In this document: positions 13,234-28,400 of the stretch, piece by piece
How positions within the stretch are numbered: the first letter of the stretch is position 1
Layout of the letters: each line of letters opens with the position of its first letter
Assembly: GCA_012295275.1 (NCBI GenBank)
Contig: CM022673.1
Coordinates: 10,044,001-10,108,000 of the forward strand
DNA from: Chrysomallon squamiferum
Lineage: Eukaryota > Animalia > Mollusca
Length of the DNA stretch: 64,000 bases
Direction of reading: 5' to 3'
Position numbers and translations under genes: made by a program
The notes under the pieces: model-generated
What the model was told of the DNA's origin: nothing
The model's input: only the letters and a program-made list of their open reading frames with translations
Database searches by the model: none

Positions 13234-14556
13234 CATTTAAATCTGCCATGATGTGTCATGATTTATTTATTTTACTTTTTTTTTTAACTTTTTTAAATTT
13301 GAAAGGTTAACAGACTTTGAGAATTTGAAGAGTGTAATTTCTTTAAAAACTTTAGATTTTATGATTGAATATCAAATTATCAAGTAAGACAGTAATACAT
13401 ACATGCACACAATACCAATCTACAAACACACATGCGCAAACATTTATATACACAAGATACCAAACATATATGTACACTGAAATTTTTTTAATAAGTTCTG
13501 CAACATCTCAAACATTTAACAAGAAATAAAAGCAATCACCAACCTTCCTTTGGAATCCTGAAGATTAACAATATAATCACTTAAACAGTCTACCAGCAAC
13601 TCAGTGCATGGGTCATTCCCATTTATCCTGGAATAATAAAACATTTCAATAACAGATATTAGAATATGTTGAATTATAACAATTTCCCAATCCAACCATC
13701 TTAAAGATTGGAGGAACTGACTGCCCTTTCCAACATAAGCCAAAAAGAAAGTAAAAATTATCATTAAAAGACAAGATCTTTTACACCCAAAACTACTAAA
13801 ATACTTTTTTATTTTTTATTTTCAGATGTCCTGTATCAAAAGTTATTGATTATAAAATATTTCTGTGGTAGTAAAAAATTTTGGATAAATCCAGAAAAAT
13901 TTTTTTATAAAAATTATCAATCAGTTTTAATAAATCCTGTTTATTTATTTATTTATTATTTTTATCTTTGCATTTACTTATTTATTTTGTTGTTATTTGT
14001 ATTTGTTTTTTTCATGTTTTTTTAACTTTTTTTGGATCAGGCTGATCTAATAAGAATTATTTATCAGACATTATTTCAAACGTACGATGATAATCATAAA
14101 TTCCTTTAAAACAAATTAAAGCAACTAGTATTTAACTGTTGTACTTACACAGAACAATGTAAAGGCGTAAAGAGGTTTCCTGTGAAACTTTTATACTGAT
14201 CATGTTCAAAAAATAACTCCACACAGCCATCATGACCTGAAAAAAATAAATAAATAAATAAATAATAACAAAAAAGTAAAATAACAAATACCATTATTTT
14301 ACATGTGCAGCTATTCACATATAGATATAAAGATTGCACATCATTTACTTGCTTTCCTAATGAAAATATCGTAATAAAATTATTTTTCTGTTCAGAAAGA
14401 ATTGAATTCCATAATTTTAACTTTCCTTTTTTTTCAAAATGTTTTGTTTATTATTATATTATCATATATTTTTTTATTATAATCCTGTGGAACATAACAG
14501 AACTATCAATAATCATAATAACAACAACAACAATAATAATAATAGTAATAATAGTG

Positions 14557-14599
<43 letters not shown>

Positions 14600-15393
14600 C
14601 AGTAATAATAAATATCTATACAGGCAGAAACTAACCATTATAACAACTGTAATGCAGGGGAGTGTACCCCTTGTTATCTTCTTGATTGTGTATTGGACCC
14701 ATCTGAAAATACAGTAAATACTTTATCAAGATTTTCTTTTTTTTTTTTCAAAATAATAACAAATATTATTATTATTATTAATTTAAGTCTTAATTGTAAT
14801 TAAGGCAGTCATAAAGTCGACACCTGACTATCATTATGATTGAGTATAATTAAATAAAAAGAAAACCTGCGAATTCGTATTGTTAAAAATAAAATTGTTG
14901 GACAGTTATACAACTGAAGAGAAACTAATTATAGCATTTTTAAACTTTAAATTCCAAAAATTCTGAATTTCAGTAAAATCGTTACTATATTACGACTAAG
15001 CGAAGCTGTAAAGAGTATTTTGTATATTTAAAAACTGTGAATGACAGTAATAATGAAGAGTTCTAATTAAATGACACTCACAAGAAGAAGTGAGCCTAGA
15101 AGACCGGCATGGCCACAGATGGCTGCCATGTGAACAGCATTGCGTCCCCTGATGTCTCTCAAAGACATGTCTGCTCCATTCTGCAGCAAGGCATCAACAC
15201 ACTCCTCATGTCCGTTCGCTGCCTGTGACAATACACAAAACTAACAATAACACTTCATGGCATAACAGATATTGCCAAGTGGCTGTGAATTTGGGGGAAA
15301 AGTAATTGATGACTGATGGCAATAATTATAGCTGTTTTGTTAAAATTATGAAAGTTGAAAACAGCAACAACAACAAAATAAATTTAACAAATA

Positions 15394-15449
<56 letters not shown>

Positions 15450-18400
15450 AATAAATATAAATATAATAATAATAGATAAAAAATGTATGAAAAATGTGTT
15501 TATTTTGTTTATTTGTATTTATATATCTATCTGTATATATTTTTATTTTTTATTTTTAATATAAAGCAAGATTTTCAAACAAGTCCTTCAATTTACAGTT
15601 TAAGTGCTGTTATAAATTAACAAGGAACACAGAAGTGCGCTGAGCATGTTAAATTGAAAAAGTTGAAGTGCTGTCAAATTACCCCTCTGTGAAGTGCAGA
15701 TCTGCTGTTAACATCTGTGGCATTAACAATTGCACCATTTCGAATGAGGTAGATTGAGCAATCAAGATAACCATTTGCTACTGACATCATTAGTGGAGTC
15801 CTGAGAAGAAATAGAACATACAATTTTAGTCTGTCTTTGTCAACTATTTTATTTCTAAATAAATACAATAAAAAAAAATTAAAAATGTTAAAAATAAAAA
15901 ATAATGATAATAACAGTAACAACAACAACAGTAATTATAGTAAAATAAGTAAACAAACAAATAAAAATAAAAATAATAAATAAATATATAAAACTGAGCA
16001 AATATTTATTTTTTTACTTTTATTAAACAGAGTGAAATTATGGATTTTTATTTTATAAAGCAAAACTCTCACATCATTTCTGTGATACTCCTGTAATTTA
16101 GCAGAATTAAATCATTGTGTACCATCCAATACATTATAAAATGTGTTTCTGTCTGTGTCTCTCTCTCTCTCAACACTCACATCACACACTTACACATTAA
16201 CATGTATATATAAAATAAAAATTAATCATTTTATGAAATATTTTACCTGTCCTGACCATCTGTGCAGTCAACAATGTTGCTGTCATCTGCCGTTTCAAGC
16301 AAAAGATGTAAGCTCTTTGTGTGACCATTCATTGCTGAAAAAAAAAAAAATAAAAAAAATAATAATAATAGTAAATAAATAATAAAAAAATAAAACATTC
16401 ACTAATGATTTAGCATCTTCTCACAATGTTGTTATTAAATATCAAAACAAAATAACATAAAAATTTAATTTAAATATCATTCATTATCAGATATAAATCA
16501 CACAAGATCTTGTTATTATTAAAGTACACAGAGTAATCTCTATTTACTGGCCTTCAACCTTCATTACTAATAAAGAATAATGTTAAAGTATGTGTGTTAC
16601 AAGATTTATGAAGGCTGCCATTTTCATTTATTTAATAACCAATACTATAACAACAAACAATTAAAACAATCACTTAATTTAACCTTTGTGGACCAAGCTT
16701 CCTGAGATATACTTTAAAAATAACAGATAACTTTAAGTTGAAGATTTTAAAAAAATTAATGTAATGATTTTACTCACCTGCTGAATGTAATGGCGTTCTG
16801 CCGGTCTGGTTATCGTGAACTAAAATCTTTGCTCCCTGAATAAGAAGAGTTTCAACACAGTCAGTTCTGCCTTGGAAACAGGCTAAGTCAAGCATCGTTC
16901 GACCTAAAGAGAAAAATAAAAAAATTAAATTACAGTTTACATTTGGAATAATATTTCATATTTTACCATTAAATGTTTAGCTCCACTGAGTTTCTCAAAA
17001 TTTATTAAAGGTTGTTAAAACTGTCACATTATGAGAACAAAACCCCTTAAATTAATAACAAATCAAGTTTTTCACTGTACACTGTATGTATATATGTTTT
17101 CGTGCACTAAGTAAATTCTAGGAAAAAAGAACAAATAATTACAGATTATGATAAACATAAATTTTGAAGAAAAAAAAGAGGATCTTTTTTGATGTAAGAA
17201 TGATAATCTATTTGCTGATTAAACATTTTCATTTATTAGTAGTATTTAACTTTTTTTAAATTTAAGAAAAAACATTCCTTAACACCCAGATTCAAAGTTT
17301 AAGCTAACCATTAACATCAGTGACATCCAGATTCATCATGTAACTAAGTAAAACTTGCATAGCTTCGTTATGCCCATTGTATGCCTGGAAAAAAAAAAAA
17401 AAACTTTTTTTTCATCAGGAAGAATCCCTAGACATAAATAATTCATAAATGACAGATTTCTAGAAATATTTTAACTACCATTTCAACAATTTTTTTTTTT
17501 TTTTTTTTTTTTTCACAATTCATTATACACTTTCTTCAGTTTTATTATTTAAAAGAAATATTTCTATTATTATTTAAACAGAAGTCAAAATTACAAAAAC
17601 ATTTATCTACAACTGAAACACATAATATCACTTAAAACATAAATGGCTAAATAGCTAAATTGAAATATTAAAAAAAAAGTGATATATTATCATGGTTCAA
17701 ACTTGTTTTATCATGTATTATAGATCCTGAGGCAACTGAACAAAAAATAAAATTAAAAGAAAACAAAATCTGGTATTCATTTACTGCTATTCTAAAGAAA
17801 CTAATGATGTTTGTTTTATACTATACAGTAAAATGTATAATACTGTCTCACATTTGTACAGGACTGTGATTAATTCAAAATCACTGTAGCATATTAATGC
17901 TTCTGATTCAGAGACGTAACAATCTGATTTCATAATCTTCTTATTAAAAATTCAAAAACAATTAAAAAACAATAAATTCTGTAGATGAATGTTTAAATGA
18001 AAGACTGATATGACCATTGTTGTGTGTCTGAGATGCTTACAGAGAGATGACCTGGTGAATATGGTGCCCCACTTCTTAGTAAGTCAATGGCTGCATCATC
18101 CAGTAACTGTAAATAAATATATATATTTTTTAAAACAAGTCCATTTTACAAACAATTCCAAAAACAAAGATTCACTTGTGATTTTGTTATTTACTTTTGA
18201 TACTACTCTTTCTTTTCTTTTTTTGTTTCTCTCTCTCCTTTTTTTTCTTCTCTTTTTCTTTCTTTTCACAGGTTCAGACATGTTTATTAACTTTGTTCAA
18301 GAGAATTTATTGGATATTTATCACTATTTTTTTATTTTTACATGTTTTTTTAGAGATAATGGCATTCAACCAGTTTTTAATCCAGTATAAAAAAAATTGA

Positions 18401-19451
18401 AAGATTCAAATACATCAAAAAAATAACCCACTCATTAAATATAAATTGCACATGCATTTTTAAATAACTTTTTTTTTTCTGAAACTCCTGTTTAAAAAAA
18501 AATATGTTCAGACATAACCCATCCATTAAATATAAATTAATACTTTATCTTTTTGTTCTAAACATGTTCCTTAAATACAAATATCAAGACACATCTCATT
18601 AATTGAAAATGTTTCTTCAGGGGGGTTTTTCTGTTCTAAAACAGTGCTTACCATTTCCAAGGAAAGTTTATGTCCTCTCAAAGCTGCATAATGTACAGAA
18701 TTATACCCTTCGTTGTCTCGTATACCCGACTTGGCGTCATTTCGTAACAAATGTTCTACCACCCTGTAATTCAGAAAATATTTTATGTTTATATACATTT
18801 AAAAAACCACACCCATATACACACTCACAACACAAGCTCTATCACCATGTAATTCCATATGTATGTACACACAGACACGTATATGAAGTACATATGAATA
18901 AATAAATCTTAAACACTCAGCACAGAGAAATAAGGAAATGCACATTTATTTTATTTTCATTACACATAAAGTTTTGTTTTAACATCATATACAACTGATA
19001 TTTTGAAAAATGATCTTTAAACCCATGTGTTTTATTAGTCTTTAGCGTGAAATAAAATTTTATAGGTTTACATTTTTTAACAAACATTTAATTTTGTATA
19101 GACAAATATGTGTTATCAGTTGTAAACAAAAATTCATATCAGGGAGGATGAACTAAAGCTATACATACTTAGCATCAATATCGCTGGCAGCAGCATAGTG
19201 CAGTGGTGTACAGCCGTGTCTGTCTGCGATGTTGACGATGCTGCCAGCAACAAGAAGAATGAGAACACACTGCTGATGTACATTTGCTGCTGCATAGTGT
19301 AATGGAGTTCTGTAACAGCAAGTAAATTAGTTAGTAAGTAAATAAGTGAGAAAGTAAATAAATAAATAAGTAGATGAGGAAGTAAATAATGTTTTACAAG
19401 GCACATAACAACAACAACATAATAATATTAATAATAATGATAATAATAATG

Positions 19452-19494
<43 letters not shown>

Positions 19495-22400
19495 GCATGG
19501 TAAGTATAATAATTTGTTAATATATTAAATTTCTAACTCACCACAATTCCCAAAATTAATTTTTAAAACTAAAATATTCAAAGAAACAAATAATAAGATA
19601 CATAAAACATTTGTACTTTTGTAATGTCATAATATTTATTTACTTTTAACAAAATATATATATTTTGGTCAGTGGTGATAAAACAAATATATTTTACCTT
19701 CCTTCCAAATCTTGATGTGAAAGATCACCTCCTTCTGTGAGCAAATATTCCACACATTCTACTTTACTGAAATCAGAAATATTTGAAAAATAAACCAGAA
19801 TTGTTTTTAATTTTTTTTTTTTTTTTTCTCAAAAATCAGTGTAAAAACATTATATGACTGACATGCAGATGCTAAACAAACGAAAAAAAAAATATATATC
19901 ACTGGCAATGAATAAATTTATAAATTAATTATTAAACCTGCAGCAGTCCATGTATTTAAAATACAAACATAAAAAAAAAAACAGAGAAAAAAAAAAGGGA
20001 AAAACAAAATATTTCAATTAAAATTTTTTTTTTTCAAAAATTTTTATTAAATTAATTTCAAAATGGTACTATTAGCAACAAATTATATTCCACAGATAAA
20101 TTATTCTATTGTTTTTAAATTCATTTTGAAACAGCACTGTGAGTGTATAATATTTTACAACACCTACCCACTACAGGCTGCTCCATGCAGACAAGTCCTG
20201 CCTGCATCATCTGGAATGTTAATATCTGAAATAGGCATCACAGCTCTCAACTTCCGCACACAGTCAACAAAACCATTGAGAGCTGCAACGTGAATAGGCA
20301 ACATTCCACTGCAACCACGTCTGAAAGAGAGAAACTGCATGACGAATTTTTGTATACCTAAAACATTAACTGCAAGAAACAGCAGAATATTCAGGACTCT
20401 TTCTCTCACATCCATTTGTTTTTAACATTTAATGGAATTTTTATTTCAAATATATACTGAAAACATTAATTATAGAAAAAACACTAAAATTCGAGACTAT
20501 CTCAAATATCCAGTCATATCAAAATTTTGTGCAAGTTTTTAATTTCATAAATATATACACACTGAAATCACTGACTGCATAAAACTCTATCTCATATAAA
20601 ACATAACACAAAACTTCATTAATAGTGTGTACCTCATGGCATCAGCTCCGTTGTCAAGAAGTGTACTAATCAGTAACTCATGGCCGTGTCTGGCTGCTAT
20701 ATGAAGTGCAGTGTTGCCAGCTTTATCACAGGCATTGACTTCAGCACCTGCAGTGACAACGTCAAAGTGTAACAACAACGTCTGTTAACAGCAGTGCTGT
20801 ACAACATCAAAGAAAACAATAATAAATTAATACCTTTTGTTATTTATTTCTATTTTCTATTTTAATTTATTTATTTATTCTGCTGGAGGGTTCTGTGTTT
20901 TGGGGAATGTTTTATACCGATTTATTTTTGTCTGATTTTTGTTTTGTTTTGTTTTTCTCTCATCATTATAAAACAATCAATTTAAGTGTCGTTAAAAAAT
21001 AATTCTTTTAGGATGTTTATACATAAAAGAAAATTTCAGCTATTATCTGGCTATATTTCATTTTAATATATATTTTCTTTTATGTGATAAGAATAAAAAT
21101 CATTCATCTTATCCAAAAACAAAATTAGAATTACAAACATAAATAAAACATTATAACTTAAAACAAATTTGATATAATAAAAGTAAAATAAAATTTAAAA
21201 ATTAATTTGAAATAATATTTTTTTAAAATGTAACAAAAACTGTAACTTGGCATGCACAATAAAATCATGCATTTAAATCTACATTACGTTATCCTATTAG
21301 ATTACTTGCATGCATAAAAGCACTAATGCTAATACAATTTTAATCAAATAAAAATAAATAAATAAATAAACAAAAATATGCAATTATGATAATCAAAACT
21401 GTTATAAAGATGTTATAAAAAGAGCATTTAACTGGGTTTGGGGATGTAAAAGCCTTATTTCTATTAAAAATTCACATACATGATAATCACTCTGAAAATA
21501 CAATTTAGCTTCAACTTTCATTATTTTTTTATTTTCGTTTCTTGTTTGTTTTTTCCTATTTCATGTGTATCAACTAGGTCAAAAATTAAAAATTATAAAT
21601 AAAGCCTTTTACAACAAGTACTTAAACATGCACACAAATAAAAATCACGCAAGTTTATTACATCAAACAAAACTTACATCCCCCATATTTCTATCTCTTT
21701 CTCCCCAACAAATATTTTATCCTAATCTATCATGAATTTAGAAACTGATGATAATTCACAACAAAATGTTTTTAAAATACTGTTACGAGTTAACTAAAGC
21801 TGGCCGCCTCACCATGCTCTAACAGAGTCTGAGCTCGAGTAAATCTACCATGCAGAGCTGTCAGGTGTAACGGCGTACGGCCATCCTCACTCTGAAATTA
21901 AGACAGAAACAGCATGCAGCATATGTCAATGTATTCCTCTTTGTAAAGTGTAGTGCGTTACCTCCATGATTACTGATTTGTCTTCATAAACTTTAATACA
22001 TTACCTTCACTGTTATTTTGTTTTGTTGTCATAAACTTTAATACATTACCTTCACAGTTATTTTGTTGTCATAAACTGTAATACATTACCTTCACTGTTA
22101 TTCTGTGGTCATAAACTGTAATACATTACCTTCACTGTTATTTTGCTGTCATAAACTGTAATACATTACCTTCACCATTACTTTGTTGTTGTCATAAACT
22201 GTAATACATTCCATTCACTTTTACTGTTTTGTTGTCATAAACTGTAATACGTTACCTTCAGTGTTATTTTGTTTTGTTGTCATAAACTGTAATACATTCC
22301 CTTCCCTATTACTTTGTTTTGTTGTCATAAACTGTAATACATTAATTCACTATTACTTTGTTTTGTTGTCATAAACTGTAATACATTACCTTCAGTGTTA

Positions 22401-25400
22401 TTTTGTTTTGTTGTCATAAACTGTAATGCATTACATTCACTGTTATTTTGTTTTGCTGTCATAAACTGTAATATGTTACCTTCACTGTTATTTTGTTTTG
22501 CTGTCATAAACTGTAATATGTTAACTTCACTGTTACTTTGTTTTGTTGTCATAAACTGTAATACATTATCTTCACTGTTACTTTATTTTGTCGTAACTGT
22601 AATACATTACCTTCACTATTACTTTGATTTGTCTTCATAAACTATAGTGCGCTATCTGTAGTTACTGGGTGATTATAAACTGTGGTAAGTTACCCCCACG
22701 ATTACTCTGATTTGTCTTCATAAACTATAATACATTACCTGTTTTTTCTGGGACACTGTAAACTGTAGAATGTTAACTCCATGACTATTCTGAACCGTCT
22801 TCATAAACTTTAGTATGTTACCTGTCTTTACTGGGAGATAGTAAATTGTAGTATGTCATGTCCACTATTGCTTTGAACTGTCGTCATAAACTATCATAAA
22901 TTATCTCTAGTTGCTGGGAGACTGTCTTCATAAACTACAGTGCATTATCCTTTGTTAATGGGAGTCTGTTTACGTAAACTACACTAAATTATCCTCACTA
23001 TTCCTTTGAACTGTCCTCATAAAGTAAAGTGTATTACCATTAGTCACAGGGAAATCTTCTTTTTGTAAACTATAGTAACTTACTGCTAGTTACTGGGAGA
23101 TGTCCCTAACCATTTTTGTTAATTATAGTAAATGAGATCAGGTTTCCCCTGAAATTATTTCTGACAAAAATAGTCAGAAAGATGTCACTGCCTCAGAGCT
23201 TACATGTGCAAGTAGATGTTAAAGCAAAATAATTTAAAAAGTGATTTATATATAATTCTTTTAAAAATCAAAATTAATGATAAAATAAAAGAGAACTGTA
23301 GTGCTAACCCTTAACCTTCACAAAGCTGCACACTATATGCATATCATCAGTTCTCTTCCTGAATAAAGTTGTTATTTTGTATTTTGTTTAATAATACTGA
23401 GTAACTTTTCTTTACAGTTTACAGGGTATTAAACATTAGTTTAGTGAAATTATTCTGACACAACACAGAATTCAAAGTGAACTTACTAAGTGTTTTATGT
23501 TTATTCCTTCAGGAAAGCCTATAGTAAACAAAGATTTTGATAACCAGCTAAGGTTCTGTAGAGGCTTATAATAATAATGACTTATATTTTAATATAAATG
23601 TTAATGAACAAATTATTTAAATGTTTGTCATGCAAATTTAAAAGTAGCTTAGAGCAGTTAGTTGAAAGAAAAACTTTGGTACATGCTTTGTTAATGTTTC
23701 TGAAACACAATATAATGCATTGGAATCAGTTAATGTTCTATTAAATGAATAATTTTTCAACTTGATGGTTTTAATTATCTATTTATTGTGATTTTATAAT
23801 TTTTGTGCAGTTGTGACTTTATGTTTTGCTTTTCTTGTAGAAAGAGACTTGTTTTCCATTCAAATTATCATCTAACTTGTATTCTTTAATATAAAAATAT
23901 ATATAAATATTAATTTTTTTTTTTTTTTTTTAAACATTTGTGAAAGCTGAAAAATACAAATGACATCTTTCATAGACTTATTCTGTTATGACCTGACCAA
24001 CCTGAAGTAAATGGATCATGCTGAATACTGTTACTGATGTTGTTGTGTAGACCAGTGACAACATTATAAGGGAAGTTAAACTGTAGGATGATGTAGTTTT
24101 CCAAAATTGTTTTATCTTAATCTCATTAGTTATTAGCTTCTGTACAATAAAACTGAAGCCACTTCAATTCGTGTTAGCTAAACAAATATTATTATACAAT
24201 AGAAAAAAAATAATAAATGATTTAAAATAAAATAAAATAGCAGCTATGAAAATGCAATCTTTCTATTAAAATAAAAACAAGCTACCATGCAAATGTCCAC
24301 CTACAGTTCTTAACTGTGCCTTCTCTTTTCCTAGTCTTTAATTTAACAGAACTGTCCTGATGCTAATGAAATAAAATAAATTACTTTTTCAAAATTATAA
24401 AAAGCCTGTACAGAACAAAGACACAAAAACTACAAAAACAAAAATTAAAATTAAGAAAAGCAAGCTTCTGTTTTATAAATATTGATTATAAAAACATCTT
24501 ATTATTTTAATTATATTTTACATTCTTCTGAATTGATATTTTTATAACATTACATTTTTTAACTGTTTAATAATAAAAATATTCTTCACCTAAAGCAATA
24601 CTTTATAAAAGTAACACCACATCACATCATCTTAAGTGCTAAATAGTCGTAACAGAAGGGTTTAAGAGTGAAATTATAACAATGGATAAATCAGATTCTG
24701 AAATGAGACATGTGACTGACAATTCATAATGATCTGAACAATGAATGCAACAGATTAACAGCTTTATAGTTTTTCTGAATACACAATAATAATTTAATAT
24801 ATAACAATGAAAGATAAAATATTTAGTAGTGTGTTCAAATTAAAATGTTCAACACCAAAAAAATACCATCAGTCTTGCTCTCTCTTACAAAGGCAATACA
24901 CATACACACACACACACACAAAACTGTAGTTGTATCAAAATTGAAAAATAAAACCCCATACTTTTGTAAGTTTCTTATTAATATCATCTCCTCTCTCTCT
25001 CTCTCTCTATATATGTTTTATAACTGATAAAAATAGCCAAAAATAATAAAATCTGAATAAAGAATAATGTAAGAACATCAAATCAACCTTCTTCAAGAAA
25101 ATAACCCAATTTACCTGAGCCTTTGGATTCGCTCCTCCTGACATCAAAATCTCAAGACAAATACCTCCATGAGTTGATGCTGCAGCATAGTGCAGTGGAG
25201 TCTGTGGTAGAAAATAGATTTAATTATATCCATATACATTTAAAAATCAGTGCTGTAAAAGTATGGGTTTTATATAAATATAATACTTGGCTTAGAATCT
25301 CAATGCTTTTGAAACTATTTTTGTAATAGGGTGTAGAGTTCTTTGCATAAAATATATTTAATTATATCTATATATTTGAAAACATTAGAGATATAATAAT

Positions 25401-28400
25401 ATAGTTTTTGTATAAATATAATGCCTGAAATCTTGATGTTTTGAGATAAATTTGAACTAGGATACAAGGTGCTATGCCTGGAATTCTTGATGGTTACAAC
25501 CAAATTTGAAAAGGATCTAAATCACTTTTCACAAAAAGAAAATCACCAAATTTTACTTGTTTAGAATCTTGATGCTTTAAGACTATATTTGAAATACACA
25601 GCTTTGCATAAAATCAAAATCAGCATGTGTTATCTGACTATTATGTCATTCATATTACTAAACGTTATAGCAGCTAATATTTTATAATTATTCTAGGATA
25701 CAGACAAAGCCCAAACTTACCATGCCTTTGTGGTTAACAGCGTTCACAGAAGCCCCATACTTCAACAACCTCGACACAACAACATCCTGCCCGTTTAAAC
25801 AGGACACATGTAGACATGTGTTACCAAAGATGTTCACAGCATCAACTTCAGCACCGAGCTCTAACAGAAGATTGACAACACTAATCTGACCTGAGGCTCC
25901 AGCAGCATGAAGTGGTGTGTACATCTGAAATAGAAAAAAAAAAAAAAAAAAAAAAAAACATTAAATAAAAAAATGTAAAAAGAAAAGCAGTATATTACAT
26001 ATTTATTTTGAACTGTTTCTTTTACTTATTTAATGTTTAAAAATGAAAATGAGGTAATACACAAAATTATTTTTTTTAACATAATAGATACAGACTTTTA
26101 TTTTTATTATAATTCTAAGGACTAATTTGGTAATTATAATTAAATCTGCTGTTTTTCACACAATTTATTTCTTCTACGTGCTGTTCTTATATTAGTTCAG
26201 ACTGTTTCTGACAGGGGATAACAAAGTGGAGATATTTTTTTTTTTTTTTTTTAGGTGATTTTCTTTTTAATTTTTATCTTATTATTAGAATTCACTGATT
26301 CTTATTTTCATATTTATTTTTCATATTGTTAAGTAATTTTCTTTTTTTTTCCTGATCAACAATAGACTGATCAAGGACCACTAACTTAAAAATCTTTTTC
26401 AATATACTGTTACATACAGTGTCAAGATTTTTTTTTTTTCACATTTACATACTCAAGTCCCTTTAAAAGTCTCACACAGATTACCTTCTTGTCCCTGCAG
26501 TTAAGCTCTGCTCCGTGGTCAAGCAATATCCGAACAACATCAACATGTCCCATGTATGCAGCCCAGTGAATAGCACGTCGTTCCTTTTTGTCAAATGCAT
26601 TGATGGTAGCTCCTTTCTCTAAAAGCAGCTCTACAACCTTTCAGAGAAAACAGAAAAATTAATTCCTGGTAAATATCTAAATAATTTGTCTAAGAAACAT
26701 TTTGTAAGACTAATGCTCGTTATGCAAGTCATAAAAATGAGAATAATAATTTAATATTTGCTACCAAATTAACATTGTAAGAAAAATGATAACTGTAGAA
26801 ATCTGTTTCAATATTTAATTTAAAAAAATATATATATATTTTTAAAAATAAAATACAGAATATTTTATTATGTTTCAATGAAGTTGTGAAATTAGTTCTC
26901 CTAGACAATTAAGAATAAATTAATGATACTGACTTCATTTTCACACACTGGTATAATCTACCCACTTTCAATGGATTCACTCTTAATTAATTTAAATTAA
27001 CATTATTTCTGTATTATAACATAATATAAGAAAACACTATTAAATAATTCTAAAAATGTTTTCCAAAAAATAGTAAAAAGTAAAATATGAAATTATCTAT
27101 ATCTGACAAAGTATCCATACTCTGAACTAACTTGTGGATAAATAAAATTTGGTGTTATCAGAATACGAAGAAATGTAATGGTTGTGTTTTTAAAGGATTA
27201 AATAATTAATTACCTCTTTATGGCCATTAAAAGCTGCATGATGGAGACTTGTTCTTCCTGCTCTGTCAGACACGTTGACATTTGTCAGGAGAGGAATGAT
27301 GTAGTCAGCACATGCCACTGCGTTATTGGCAGCAGCAACATGCAGTGGAGTTTGCCAGTTCTTGTCCCTTGCATTCACATCGGCTTGGTGACGTAGCAGA
27401 GTTTCTACTGTTTCCTTTAATTTATTTTGTTTTTAATTTTTTAATTTTTTTAACACAGATATAGTTTTAAAAAGAAAGGAAGAGAAATATATCTAAAAAT
27501 AACATATTTATTAAGTTGGAGATCAATAAATGTTTTAAATTTACATATATTATTTATTTTTTATTTTTTTTATTTTTTAAAGATAAACTAAACATTTTTT
27601 CAAATATTTTCCAAGAACTTGTTAATTTATAAGTGCTGATAAAATTTGAAACAATGATAATTTTAATATGTAGAAATATTTTAAAACAGTAAAACAGATG
27701 ACAAAATTTCAAATAATATTAAATTTAAAACATAAAGGTATTTCAAAAGTAGAAAACAGATAACAAAATCTCAAATAGTATTATATTCTAAAAAGTAAAA
27801 ATAATGTTTTAAAATTGTTCTTACTTCACTTTTTGCACAGCAGGCCCTGTGAAGTGGAGTCAGCCATTTGTTGTCTTTTGTGTTAACCCTAGCTCCACTA
27901 AGAATTAACAAATCAGAAATCTCTGCCTCACCACAATAAGCTGCTGCATGTAATGGGCTTCTCTTTTCTATATCCTTCAAAACAAACACAGGCTATTCAC
28001 ATGACAATGAAAATTTTAAAAAAAAATGGGAAAAGAATTTTATGTTGAAAATAAATAATAATTACTATAATTTGTATAAACAAAACAACATATAATAATT
28101 TTTTAATAAAAATAATTAAGTGCAAAATGGGATAAGAATTTTTTAATACTGAATATCAAAAAAAAAAAAAAAATAATAATAATACATAGAGTTATCTAAT
28201 TTATATGGAAATAATTATATTAATGATAATTAACTTATCATCCCTCTTTATTTTGCTTATTATTATTTATATAATCAGTATTATCAGTTTTCATTATATT
28301 TACCTAATTTGTAACTTTTACTGTAAACATTATGACCTATGGGGTCTTTTGCTGTTGTTTTTTATTTTTTGTTGTTGTTTCTTCTTACTTTTTTATTTTT

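Noticed and set aside
22325-22640. Repetitive ORFs on both strands ([15 protein letters not shown] repeats), and a superficially CRISPR-like array
   Set aside because: They are by-products of a 45-bp minisatellite in an intron. There are no unique spacers, no cas genes and no splice support.
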